A DNA stretch of 64,000 nucleotides from Halarcobacter sp. (GTDB lineage: Bacteria > Campylobacterota > Campylobacteria > Campylobacterales > Arcobacteraceae), in contig CP182352.1 of assembly GCA_048571215.1 (NCBI GenBank), forward strand, positions 3,200,001-3,264,000, read 5' to 3'. This document shows positions 1-15,000 of the stretch, in pieces. The first letter of the stretch is position 1. Each line of letters begins with the position of its first letter. A program made the position numbers and the translations under genes. The notes beneath the pieces are model-generated. The model did not search any database. It was not told the origin of the DNA and saw only the letters and a list, made by a program, of their open reading frames with translations.

Positions 1-3000
1 TGTGATATCTATATTTGATACTGTTGTATTAATATCATCTACACTTGTTCCAACCCCTGTATTAGAGTTTATTGTTAATACATCTGCTATTACATTTGCT
101 GTTTCTGCACTTAGGTTATCACTAATATTTCCATTTGTTGCTGTTATATTTACATTTGAGCTTGTATCTATTACTGATAGTGCTACATTTGTATTTGCTG
201 TATATGTTACAACTCCATTTGTACTTGTTGTATTTTTACCACTATTCATGATAATTGAACCAGCACTTGATACTACATCTATATTTCCAGCTACAGAACT
301 AATAGCTCCATCTTGTGTGATATCTCCTAGAGTTGATACAATATTTACTACACCTAAGTTTGAACTTTGTGTTATTGCATCTATTGTTAAAGTATCTGTT
401 TCTTTAACATATATATCTCCACTTGTTGCATTTGTGATATCTATATTTGATACTGTTGTATTAAGGTTATTTGCTTGTGTTCCTATACCGTTTGTTGCAT
501 CTAATATTAGCTTATCAGAAATAATACTTACACTATTATCTGCTCTATCTAAAATAGAACCATTTGCAATTAATGAAACTGTTCCTGTTGAGTTTATACT
601 ATCTTGTGCATCATCTGTTCTTGCTGTTGTTAATCCATTTGTTCCAACTTTATTAACACTTATTGCTTCAACATTATCTATTAAGATATCTTTACTATTA
701 TCTAAATATAAACCATTTTTATTTACAACAGCACTTAATACATTTATAGAAGTTTCAATATTTTGTGTATTTGCTCCTACTACTCCTGCTCCACTTAAAT
801 AAACTCTTAATTTATTTGCTGTTATATCTGTATTTGTATCACCTGAGTCACTAAATACTCCTGTTAGGAATAATGAAACATTTGCAGTTCCTGCGTTTAA
901 TGATGAGATAGAGAAATCTTTTGCTTTTACTCTAATATTTGAATCACTTGTACTTACTTGTGAAGCATCACTCATAATCACATTTCCTGCTGTACTAAAA
1001 ATATCTATAGTTTTATTTGCAGTTTGAGTAGTTACATTGTCATTTATATTTATATTAGCACTTGCATCTAAAGTGATATTCCCACCGGTACTTAGTATTT
1101 GTGCATTTGAAGTGATATTAGTAGCAGATTTTACAAGAATATTTCCACTAGCTTCTATATTTCCTGTTATATCTAAGGTTGTTATTACACCACTTGCTTG
1201 TAATACTAAATTACCTAATGATGAAAGTTTTGTTTGTAGGGCATCTATTGTATTACTTGTAGATGCATCTGTACCTATTGTAGTAACAGTTATAGCTGAT
1301 GTTTGACCTATATTTACAGCATTTGCTTCTTTAACAAATACATCTCCAGAAACATTCGCACTTAAAGTTGCAAGATCTGTTTTTAAATTACTTGCATTTG
1401 TACCTAAGGTGCTTGCAGTTATTTTTAATTCATCTGCTTTTACATTATTAAATGGTGCAGTTGATATTAAATTATTTGTAATAGTTGTTGCAAGTAAACT
1501 AACATCACTAGTAGTTACAATTTGTCCTAAGCTTAATGTTGTTGTTGAAGCATATCTTACATTTGCAGCTGTTGCATCTGTTTTTGAAGTACTTGCCATT
1601 GATATAGCATTTGCTTGTACATCCACTGTTCCTACGGTTGTGATATTCGCATTTTGCGCAAATGTCCCACCTGTGATTATTGATAAAGCACCTGATGTTG
1701 AACTTAAGGCACTACTTAATGTTATATTATCTGCTTTTAATAGTGTATCGCCATTTGAAGAAACTGTAGCATTAGAAGTTACATCTATATCTCCACTTGC
1801 ACTTACTAAAATTAATTTATCTGTTGATACTAAATTCTCTTGGGCACTATTTGCTGTAGCTGTTATACTTCCATCACTATTCACCCCATTTACATCTACA
1901 CTTACAGAGTCTATTGATAAACCATCACTTTCACTTACAAACAATCCAGCACCTTTAGCACTTAAAGTTGTAACTGTTGTCTCTATGTGATTTGTTGCTG
2001 TTCCTATAAAACCTGTTATATCTAACAATAAGCTTGATGCTTGAATATCCACATCACTATTTGTTGTATCTATTGCATCTGTATCTACTAAATTACCAAG
2101 TGCTGTAATTGATACACTTCCTGTTCCTGCATTGATACTCTCAATATTTACATCATTTCCTGCATCTAATAAAATATTTCCACTATTTGTTGTAGCTATT
2201 TGTGTACCATCTGCCATTGTAATATCATTTAATGCTATTACTTGAATTGTTTTTGTTGCAGTTGATGCTATGATATTTGCATTTACTAATACATCATTAT
2301 CTGAAACTATTGAAATGTTTCCATTATTTGAAGTTACTATTCCATTTAATGTTATATCAAAGGCTTCATCATTAGCTACATCTTCTGTTGTTAATAGAAT
2401 ATTATTATTTGCTGTTATTGTTCCTGCTGTTATTGCTCCATTTATTGTTGAAACTACTGCATTACCTGTTGTTCCTAAAGCACTAAGTGAAGTTATACTT
2501 AAATCATCACTTTCTTGAATAAATATATCACCACTTGTTGTATTTGAAGCAGTAAGTGATGCTATTGTTGTATCTATATCTGCATCCCCACTTGCTCCTA
2601 TACCTGTTGCTGCAACTAAACTAACTACTGTTGTAGTTCCTTTTATATTTGCATCTTCTGTATCTAGGTTATCACTAATATTTCCATTTGTTGCTGTTAT
2701 ATTTACATTTGAGCTTGTATCTATTACTGATAGTGCTACATTTGTATTTGCTGTATATGTTACAACTCCACTTGTACTTGTTGTATTTTTACCACTATTC
2801 ATGATAATTGAACCAGCACTTGATACTACATCTATATTTCCAGCTACAGAACTAATAGCTCCATCTTGTGTGATATCTCCTAGGCTTGATACAATATTTA
2901 CTACACCTAAGTTTGAACTTTGTGTTATTGCATCTATTGTTAAAGTATCTGTTTCTTTAACATATATATCTCCACTTGTTGCATTTGTGATATCTATATT

Positions 3001-6000
3001 TGATACTGTTGTATTAATATCATCTACACTTGTTCCAACCCCTGTATTAGAGTTTATTGTTAATACATCTGCTATTACATTTGCTGTTTCTGCACTTAGG
3101 TTATCACTTATATATCCATTTGTTGCACTTAAGTTTACATTTGCTGTTGTTGAAACCAACGATAGTTTTATATTATTAGCTGCATTTAGGGTTATATCAT
3201 CTTGAGCTATTATGTTTTTACCATCAGTTATAGTAATAGAACCTGTTGTTGAAGTTATTGCTACTTCCCCACTTGAAGATATATTACTTTGAAGTGCATC
3301 TTCTGTATTTGTAGTACTTGCATCTGTATTTATTGTTGTAACACTTATTGCTGATGTTTCATTTATAGTAAGATTACCTGCTTGTGTTATAAATAAACTT
3401 CCACCATTTGAGCTTAATGTTGAAATATCTGTTTCAATGTAATCTAAAGTAGTTGCTGTTGAACCACTAACAGTTAATTTTAATTCATCTGCTGTGATAT
3501 TATTTGTATTAGCATTTGCATCACTAATTGAACTTGCAAGTAAACTAACATCACTAGTAGTTACAATTTGTCCTAAGCTTAATGTTGTTGTTGAAGCATA
3601 TCTTACATTTGCAGCTGTTGCATCTGTTTTTGAAGTACTTGCCATTGATATAGCATTTGCTTGTACATCCACTGTTCCTACGGTTGTGATATTCGCATTT
3701 TGCGCAAATGTCCCACCTGTGATTATTGATAAAGCACCTGATGTTGAACTTAAGGCACTACTTAATGTTATATTATCTGCTTTTAATAGTGTATCGCCAT
3801 TTGAAGAAACTGTAGCATTAGAAGTTACATCTATATCTCCACTTGCACTTACTAAAATTAATTTATCTGTTGATACTAAATTCTCTTGGGCACTATTTGC
3901 TGTAGCTGTTATACTTCCATCACTATTCACCCCATTTACATCTACACTTACAGAGTCTATTGATAAACCATCACTTTCACTTACAAACAATCCAGCACCT
4001 TTAGCACTTAAAGTTGTAACTGTTGTCTCTATGTGATTTGTTGCTGTTCCTATAAAACCTGTTATATCTAACAATAAGCTTGATGCTTGAATATCCACAT
4101 CACTATTTGTTGTATCTATTGCATCTGTATCTACTAAATTACCAAGTGCTGTAATTGATACACTTCCTGTTCCTGCATTGATACTCTCAATATTTACATC
4201 ATTTCCTGCATCTAATAAAATATTTCCACTATTTGTTGTAGCTATTTGTGTACCATCTGCCATTGTAATATCATTTAATGCTATTACTTGAATTGTTTTT
4301 GTTGCAGTTGATGCTATGATATTTGCATTTACTAATACATCATTATCTGAAACTATTGAAATGTTTCCATTATTTGAAGTTACTATTCCATTTAATGTTA
4401 TATCAAAGGCTTCATCATTAGCTACATCTTCTGTTGTTAATAGAATATTATTATTTGCTGTTATTGTTCCTGCTGTTATTGCTCCATTTATTGTTGAAAC
4501 TACTGCATTACCTGTTGTTCCTAAAGCACTAAGTGAAGTTATACTTAAATCATCACTTTCTTGAATAAATATATCACCACTTGTTGTATTTGAAGCAGTA
4601 AGTGATGCTATTGTTGTATCTATATCTGCATCCCCACTTGCTCCTATACCTGTTGCTGCAACTAAACTAACTACTGTTGTAGTTCCTTTTATATTTGCAT
4701 CTTCTGTATCTAGGTTATCACTAATATTTCCATTTGTTGCTGTTATATTTACATTTGAGCTTGTATCTATTACTGATAGTGCTACATTTGTATTTGCTGT
4801 ATATGTTACAACTCCACTTGTACTTGTTGTATTTTTACCACTATTCATGATAATTGAACCAGCACTTGATACTACATCTATATTTCCAGCTACAGAACTA
4901 ATAGCTCCATCTTGTGTGATATCTCCTAGGCTTGATACAATATTTACTACACCTAAGTTTGAACTTTGTGTTATTGCATCTATTGTTAAAGTATCTGTTT
5001 CTTTAACATATATATCTCCACTTGTTGCATTTGTGATATCTATATTTGATACTGTTGTATTAATATCATCTACACTTGTTCCAACCCCTGTATTAGAGTT
5101 TATTGTTAATACATCTGCTATTACATTTGCTGTTTCTGCACTTAGGTTATCACTTATATATCCATTTGTTGCACTTAAGTTTACATTTGCTGTTGTTGAA
5201 ACCAACGATAGTTTTATATTATTAGCTGCATTTAGGGTTATATCTGCACTATTAGAACTTTTTGTTAGGGTGTCATTATTCATAATGATTGAACCAGCAA
5301 TTGAACTTAAAGTTATAGTTCCACTTGTTGAGTTAATATCTCCATCTTGTGTTATATCTCCTAGAGTTGCTACAACACTTATATTACCTGCTAAGGTTTG
5401 TGTTATTGCATCTATTGTTAAAGTATCTGTTTCTTTAACATATATATCTCCACTTGTTGCATTTGTGATATCTATATTTGATACTGTTGTATTAATATCA
5501 TCTACACTTGTTCCAACCCCTGTATTAGAGTTTATTGTTAATACATCTGCTATTACATTTGCTGTTTCTGCACTTAGGTTATCACTAATATTTCCACTTG
5601 TTGCACTTAGGTTTACATTTGCTGCTGTTGAAACTAATGATAATTTTATATTATCATTTGCAGTGTAATTTATAATACCATTTGTAGATGAAGCACTTGT
5701 TGCATCAGCCATAACAATAGAATCATTATATGAAGTGATATTTATTGCCCCTGCTGCATATGTATGTGTTATATTTGCATTTATATTTATATTTCCATCA
5801 GCTTTTAAATTAACATTCTCTCCCGCACTAGTAATCGTTTCATTTACATTAACTACTGTATCTATCCCTGTATCTTTTGCTTGGATAGTTAAGCTTCCAC
5901 TTCCTGCATTACTAACCCCATTTTGTCCTGATGCTATTGTGATATTACCATTTTGAGTAGTTAAGCTTGTTGTTCCACCTGTTGCACTTTGAGATAATCT

Positions 6001-9000
6001 ATTTACTACTATATCTCCTCCACTTGCTAGCTCATTTATTTTTATATTCCCTGTCCCTAAGTTTTGGGCATCTAATGTTGTAACTTTTGTAAACATTAAA
6101 TCTATCCCTGTTTGTGAACTTACTGTAAGGGTATTTGAAACTAACTCTTCACTTGTTAATCCATCTGTAGAATCATTAATTTGTGAAATCTTACCTGATT
6201 GTGAATATAAAGTTATATCACTTGACTGGGCTTCTATATAGTTTGAAATAGTTATATTATTTATTGCATCTAAAGTGATATCTCCTGATGCTATTAATTT
6301 ATTATATTCATTTGAATAATCTTCTATTTTTATACTTCCACCATATATCTCTACATTATCTTTAAACGTTAATTGATTTGATGCTATTACACCTACTCTT
6401 ACTTCTCCAACTGCTGTTGATTTTGTATGGTTATCTATATCTTTATGTCCAAATATTATTTTAGAGAAACCATCTGTTAGTGTCCCCATTTCTGTTGCTG
6501 TTATATTTAGAGTATTTGCTGTTGTTTCTAGTGGTGGTGATGAAATTGACATATCATAACTTGTATTTGTTGGTCTTAATGTTAAGGTTCCTGCACCTGT
6601 ACTTGTTATTGATTCTTCTCCACCTTTGAAGTTTATCTCATTACCTTCAATTAAAATATCTCCACCTGCAGAAACGCCATCTTCAAACACTACTAAGTCT
6701 GCACCTATTATTGTTAGGTTTCCACTTAGTGTAAGTTGTTGATTAAAGGTTACTGTTCCTGTAGCATAAATATAAATATCTCCATCTACATTTACTTCCC
6801 CTTTAAAGGTAACATTTTCGGCACCTTCACTATTATCACTTGTATCTAAAATACTTAGACCTTCTAATTGGTCTGTGTATCCCACTGTACTATTTACAAC
6901 TATACTTCCACCATTTGCATTTAAGTTTAATGTATCTGTTGTTCCAGCATTACCATCTAATCTGTGAGTTGTTGATGCTCCTAGGGTAATATTACCTGTA
7001 CCATCTGTTCCTGCTGTTATTGAGTCATTACTTGTAACTACAATTGAATCACTTATTAATACATCATCTGCCAATGATATTGCTGTATCTGATCCACCTG
7101 ATCCAAAGTTTAAGGTATGTCCTGATCCATATATACTTAATGATGTACCTTCCCCTCCTATGAGATTATCATAGATGTACATCTCCCCTCCCAGGTTTGG
7201 ATTATTAACCACTAGAGAATTTTTTAAGTTAATATCAACATTTGAAGAATCATCTTGATCTCCAAAGATAATTATATTTCTACTGGTTTCATCACCTAAA
7301 ATAACAGAATTAAATCCCTCTTGAATAAAACCTAGTTCAGTTGAGTCTAAATACATAGAACCTGTAGTATCGTCAATTGTAGTACCAATGAAAACTTTTT
7401 TATTAGAAGTTGGATCAGATGCTTTAATATTTAAGTTTGCACCAACACTTCTAATTTCACTTGTAATAGTGATATCTTCTGAGGTAATATCTATATCTTC
7501 ACCACTTGCATCTAGGGCATTTGTAATCTCTTGAGTACCGCCTAGACTGGTTACATTTGTAGCACCACCTTTTGAACCTGCTTTATCACTTCCTATAACT
7601 TCAACACCATCCATAGTTGTAATAAATACATTATCTTTATTTGCACTATACATGGTTAATTCACTAGCATCAATTACAATAGATAATGCAATTTTTTCTA
7701 AAGCTTCTCTTGCCTCTTTTTGATCAGCTGTTTCGCTTGTTGGGTCAACTGCATCTGAGCTAGGTCTACCACCAATACTATTTTTAGCTTCAAGGGTAAG
7801 TAATCCTTGAGTTTGAATATAACTACCACCAGCTTTTCTTAATATAGTGTCATTTGTTAATTCATCATAAGATTGTGCATTTACAACTTTTATCTCTCCT
7901 GTATTTACATCTGTTTGGAATTTGAAGTTTTTAAATGCCCAAACTAAACTGTCATCAAAGTCATATTTCCCACTTCCATCTTTAAGCCATAGTAGATTTT
8001 CAATATCATTCAAAATAGAACCAGAAGAGGCAATAAGAGTAACACCTCCTATTCCATCAACTTTTATCCCTTCTTTTAATATTAAGTTTCCTTGTTCTGT
8101 AATAACTTCAACACTTCCACCACTTGTATTGATATCAGAATTTAGAGTAAAGAAACTATTTGTCCCACCTGCATAGATACTAAGTGAACCATCTTGTGAA
8201 GTGATACCTGTACCTTGAACAATTATTTCCCCATTAATAGTTTCAAAATCAATATTACCAGAACCTCCTTGAACTATTGAATTGATTTTTAATCCATCAA
8301 GTTCAGTAAATGAGATATCTTTTGAAGTACTATTCGTGATATCTATAGTGTCAACTTTAGTTTCAATAGAACCAAATACACCAGTACCAATACCAGTTGC
8401 AGATTTTAAAGTTACTAGATTAGTTGTAGCTGTAATATCAGCTGCACCTTCACCCGCATCAAGTATAGCTCCACTAGTAGAGGTGATATTAACTGCACTT
8501 AAATTTCCTGTATATGTACTAATCAATTTACCTATAGTAATATGATCTTGAGAAGTTATAGTTATAATATCTGAGGTTTGTATGACTGTTTCTACACTCA
8601 TTGTAAGTTTACCTGTACCTGCATCTATAGATATAGCTGAAGCAGAATTGATATCTGCTTGCTCATTCATAATAATACCACTACCTGCTGATAATGATAT
8701 ATCTGCATTTTCTGATGAGATAGGGCTATTTAAAGTAAGAGTACCAGTATTGTCTTTTCCAGCAGAAATATTTACAGTACTAGTTCCTGTTGCAATTATC
8801 TTATCATTTAACACCATATTTCCATTTGCATTTAGTGTTACATTTGCTGTAGTATCATTTCTAGTAAGGGTATTTATCGTTACATCATTTGTTTCATTTA
8901 CAATTACTTCACCATTTGAGATTATTTTTAGAGTATCTGCATCTAATGTTAAAGTTACATTACTTCCAGAAGTGATAACAACATCTTTAGCATCACTTAG

Positions 9001-12000
9001 TCCTTTAATTGTAACAGAACCCGTCGCTGTTATATTTATATTTCCAACTATACCAGTAATAGAATCAAAAACTACATCTCCAATAACATCAAAGTCTATA
9101 TCTCCACCATTCATAGCCAATGAAGTAACAGTTAAATCTCCATTTTGTTCAACATTTACATCTCCTGCACCTGTAACATCTAGTTCTAGATTATTAATTT
9201 CACTTTTTACTGAGAAGCTATCTTTTGCTGTAACATTTAAAGTATCAGCCGTAACTGTTCCCCCTAAACTAATGCCACCGTTTGCCGCATTTAAATTTAT
9301 AGTTCCACCATCTGTTCCATTTCCAACATTAAGTTCTGATACGATTGCTAAATCTGTTCCAGCAGTAAAAGTAATGTTCTCACCATTACCTGATGATTTA
9401 AATTTTGCAACTGTTAAACTCCCTGTTGCTTCTATAGAAGAATCTGTCGTAACTATATAAGGAATAATTAAAACTTTATCTCCATCATAAGAGTTAACAA
9501 AACTATTTGTAACTGTAGTATCTGATACAACTGCATTTGTAGTTGAAGTGTTAGCAACTTCAATATCATTTAGTCCTTCCCCTACATCATCTGCTGTGTT
9601 CATCATTTTGATAGTTGCACCACTACCTTTTATATAAACTTGTTTTGCAAATACATCAACTTCATTTTGGTCATCATCAAGTTCTGTTAAACTTCCTGCA
9701 AAATCAAGAACTACAACAGTGTTCTCTTTTAGTGACCCAGCTAATGAACCAGATTCTACATAGTCTACCCTCATATCACCAACTGAGCTTAGGAATATAT
9801 TATTTCCTGTAAAGCTTGATTTGTATCCTTCTTCATCCATTAGAGAATTTGCATTATTTTGTGCAGCTTGAGATGCACTTAATAGTGTATCATAACTACT
9901 TTGGGCATTGTCTTTTGTTGATTGTGCAGTAGTTAATGTATCGTTTAATGCACTTGCATCTGTTAAATCAGCTTTTGTTTGAGCAGCATCTTTAATAGAT
10001 GTTAATTGATTTTGTAAAGTAATATAAGCAGTAGCAGCATTGTCATAGTTTATTTGAGCTGTTATTTTTAAATTTTTCTTTTCAGATAATATTGCATTTG
10101 CATCAGTATAAGCAGTTTTCTTAGTGTCACTTTCAGCTAAAGTTGTAGCTTTATTTGTATTTTTAGTATTTAAATCATAGTTTGTTGAAATGGTTGTTAA
10201 AACATTGGCTAAATCATAATTATTGTTATAGTTTGTTATTGCTGATGATAAGTTAGTATTAGCAGTTGTTAAAGCACTATTTGTATCGTTTGATAATGTT
10301 GAAATACTTCCTCTAAGTGTTCCTATATCTGTAACCATCTGAGCTGTAGTATTTTGTGTTGCATCAGATTTCGCTTTTGCAGCAGTTGCTTGAGATACTA
10401 AAGAATCTGCATAGGTTTTAGCACTTTGTGCTTTTGTTTTTGCATCCGTACCATCTGCAAGAGAAGATACTAAGTTCGCTACACTTGTTTGTATTGCTTT
10501 TGCATTGTTAAAAGCTGTTGTCATTGCATCTTTTAAAGTTGTAGTAACTGTACCACTTTGAAGGTTTGTTATAGCTGTTTTAACTTCATCTGCCACTGTT
10601 AATAGTTGAGTTGTAACAGTTTTAACAGAAGTTATATCTACAACTACTTGTGCATTAGATACTAGAGTAGAACTTCCATCAACTATTGCTTTTAATGAAT
10701 TAGCCAAAGCTTGTAAGTCTGTTTTCGTTGTAGTATAATCAACCAATAAACGAGCATCATTATCCATTTTACTTGCTAAATCTATAGAACTAGCTTCTGT
10801 TACTAAACCATTTGTTGTAGCAGTTGCATTAGTTGATTTGTTAAGAATACTTGATGCATTTCCACTTGCTATAGCATCCTTAAAGTCACTTATATTGGTT
10901 TGTGCATTTGTTACATTAGGAACAATTAAGTTAAAGGCATAAGCAAGATCATATGCAGCAACAGCTGAATTATATGCATCTTTTGCAGTATTATATTCTG
11001 CAAGTTTTGTATCAACTGTTGCTTGTGCTGTTGCTACAGCAGCAGATGCATTAGTTAGGGCAGTTTGCGTAGTATTTTTATTTGCTGCTTCAGTACTGCT
11101 TGAGATATTGTCAAGATTAGTTTGAGCTGTTGTTAATGCTGCATCATCAGCTACTGCTTTATCATAAGCTGCTTGGGCACTTGCTAAAGAACTAATTGCT
11201 GCATCTAATGCAGTTTTTGCATTTATTAAGTCAGTATTATTTTCAGGACTTGAGGTGATAACTAAATTATCTGCTGTGTCTTTTGCAGTTATAACTTTAT
11301 ATGCGTCAAGTTTTCCACCGGCTGTAATATCTATTTTCCCATCATAAGCATATATATCTAAAAGTTTCACATCATCTGCTTCATTTATAATAATATTTCC
11401 AGTAGTAGTTGATTGAGCTGTTATAGTATCTACTAAAGTATTTAAAAGCATTCCCCCTTTTGTTGTAACAATTAAATCTTTACCTATAAAAATAGAACTA
11501 TCATCACTGCTTATCTCTGAAGCATTCATTTTTAGTGTGTTATTAGAGGCAATAATACCTCCTGTTACAGTTAATTTTTCACTTGTATTAGTATCTCCAT
11601 CATCTAAAGATATAGAGATGTTTTGTGCAGAATCAAAACCATCCAAACCACCTATAAAACCAGATAAATAAAAATTAGATTCTAGATTTATCGATATATC
11701 TTCTTTTGCTCTTATTTCAAAGTTTGTAGAGTCAATTCCTGTAGTATTTATTATGATATAACCTGTATTAAATTGAGCACCAGCATTATTTATCTTTTCA
11801 ACTGTTTTTGTACCTTCTGCGATAATCTTAACTTGACCAATATATCCTCCAGTACTTGAAACTATATCTCCTGTAATATTTATATTTTGAGCAGAAACTA
11901 ATTCCACATAGTTTTTAGCAGTAAGGGTCCCTGTAATAGATAAAGAGGAACCAGTTTCTAAAATAATAGAATCAGATGTGATATCAGCTGGTAATAATGC

Positions 12001-15000
12001 AGTCGTTTCACCTGGTGTATCTGTACCAAATTGGAATTTATCTCCAGCTCTATACTCAATAGAGCCACTTGCATTAAAGAATCTATAAAGATCAACAACT
12101 CCATCAGCCGCAAAACCAATACCTGTAGTATAGTGTAGAGAATCTCCACTTGTTGGTTTAGAAACAATTATATTTTTTTCTAAACTTTCTAATCTTATAT
12201 TGTCAGCAGTTAAAGAAGAGTTTTCTTTAACAAAAATAGAATTTTGGGCAATAATATTTATATTTGAAGTAGTATTTAAAGCTGATGATACTTCTAATAT
12301 AACTAAACCTTTAGTTACTTCTATGTCTCTATCACTTTCATATAACTCAATATTTCCTGATTCTGTAGTTATTTTAGTTAATTCATTTGCTATAAGTTCT
12401 AATCCAGTTATATCTGTTTTAGCTTCAAGGGTAATTTTATCTGCAACTATATCAGCATCTGTATCACTAAATGATTCATAAATTGCCCCTGCTGATTTAA
12501 TTATTAGATCACCAGTTGAGTTTATTGATGTTAATTTAGTTGAAACTGTTACTTCATTTATTTCATCATATGTATCTGTAAAGTATTCACCATTGATTAT
12601 TTCATAAGAACCAAATTTGATATTTTGGATTGAGATATCTTTTTGTGTTGCACTGGTTGTATTATTGATACTAATTACATTATCAACCCAAGTTGTTCCA
12701 TTATTTGGACTATTTGTATCTGTTTTTGAAATAAGATTTTTTATATCTATAGCACCATCTGATACTAAAGTAAAGTCACCATTATACACAATAACATCTT
12801 CTAATGTAAGTGATTTAGCTCCACTTTGAGTAATATTAACATCACCAATAGCATTTGATTCTAGTGAAATTTTTGATGCTTTCGTAAGTAAGGTTACATT
12901 TGTAAAAACATCAATTACAATCTCATCGGAATTTATAACGCCAGTAGTTTGAGAGATATTACCTTGTATATCAAATATAGCATCACCTCTTAATCCTAAT
13001 GTAATATTTTCTATTGTTACATTTGCTGTTGCAGAACCAATTTCATATGTATTTAATTTGAAATCATTTTTATCACTAGTTCCTAAAGTTTTTACATCTT
13101 TAACAATAGCATCACCAAATACATCTATTTTTATCTCACCATCCTGTGCCTGTGCTTTTGTGATTGTTAAATTTTTATCATTTTTGATTGAAATATCACC
13201 TTTATCTGTTAATGTTAAATCAACACTATTTACACTTGTATTTGCACTTATTTGAGATTCTGCTATAACATCTAAAGTATCACTTGTAACTAATCCTAAA
13301 GAGTGAAATAGTTTTCCACTTTCAATATTCATACTTATCGTATCTTTTGCTTCCAAGTTTGAACCTGTAAGTATTACATCTCCACCAATACTACCTGTAG
13401 TTAAAGTGATATCACTATTTGTATTTTCAACTTTAAGATTTGTTTCATAATCTCCAACTATAGAACCATCATTTATAGAACCAACAGTGCTATCACCTGC
13501 ATTTAATGTGATACTATCTTGAGCAGTTAAATTAGCACTAATTGCAATATTAGTTCCAGATTTTACAGTGATATCTTTTGCAGAAATCTCTAAAGTACCA
13601 TAAGTATATCCACCAACTGTATCATCTTCAACCACTTTTACTGTTTGATTAAATGCTGTTTCACTACCTAATGAGATATCATATTTTGAATTTATATTTG
13701 CACTTTCTGTTATAGTAAATGCTACAGAATCACTAATATCTATAGTATTTTTAGAATCTATTGAAATATTAGTTGCATTTATTTTACTTACTGTTTCAAC
13801 TGTTGCACCATTTGCATTAACCCCTGTTATAGTTAAAGTGTCTTTTGAAACTATATTTATATCATCTGTTGCACTAATAATACCCGTTAGATTTGTTGTT
13901 CCGTTTGATACAAAATTTATATTTGAACCACTAATTGTTTCTCCGGCAAATTCTCCCCCAAGAATATCAATCTCTTCATAATTTGTTTCTGTATATGTTT
14001 CAGTTTGAGTGTCGTATACAGTTTCATAAGTCCATACAGTTTCATTTGAGTAAGATATATTCTCTTTTTCAATGGTTTTTGTCTCAAAAATAGGTCTATC
14101 ATCATATATGTTATGGCTTTGAGTTACTAATTGATACTCAAGTTTTATTCTATTGTCATATATATTATGTGTATTAGAGGTCCATTTATATTCATAATCA
14201 TATTGAGTCTCAGTAACAATTGTAGTGTACTCATCTCTTGTTCTTGCATACCAGTGCATTGAATCTATTCCAGAAGAGTTATACCACCCTCTAGTTTGGA
14301 TTTGATGTCCATTACTACCATCACCAGTAAATGAATCCGCCCAGTTTTCATGCCATCCTCTTGTTCCATTCTCCCAATCAAAACTACTATAACTTGTACT
14401 TCCTGCCCAAGAGTAATATCTAACTTGTCCTCTATCATTCCAATCACCCCAGTACTTGAAACTACCAACTTTTACATTTGTTCTTGTTGATGAGTCGATT
14501 TGAGTTAAACTTGAAGTATCATTATCTAATACTGAATCATAAGTAGATAAGGCATAAATATTATCTGTATATCTTACAGTATTATAAGGATCGTTGGCAT
14601 ATGGATCACTAGAATTTGTCATTTCGGTTGATTCCCAAGTCCAATTTGGGTCTCTATTCGCACTTAGAACTCTAGTATCAGCATTACCTGCTATAACCTC
14701 GCCATCTAAATCATATACTCTATATCCTGTACCATCAGTATAAGTATTTTTTACTGTATCTATAGCATTAGTATTTGCTTTTGCTGAAGTATCATATTCT
14801 ACTTTCCATCTAGCTGCACTACTATCATAATCTACTTCGCTATTTCTACCACTCCATTCAGAAGAGTTATTTTTATCAGTTGTATTATATGTTGTTGTAG
14901 TTCCATCAAATCTTGATTTATCTTGAGTATAAATAACTTCTGAATAATCAACATATGAACCTACATATTCTCCCACTCCTGAAGTATCTAAACTATAACC

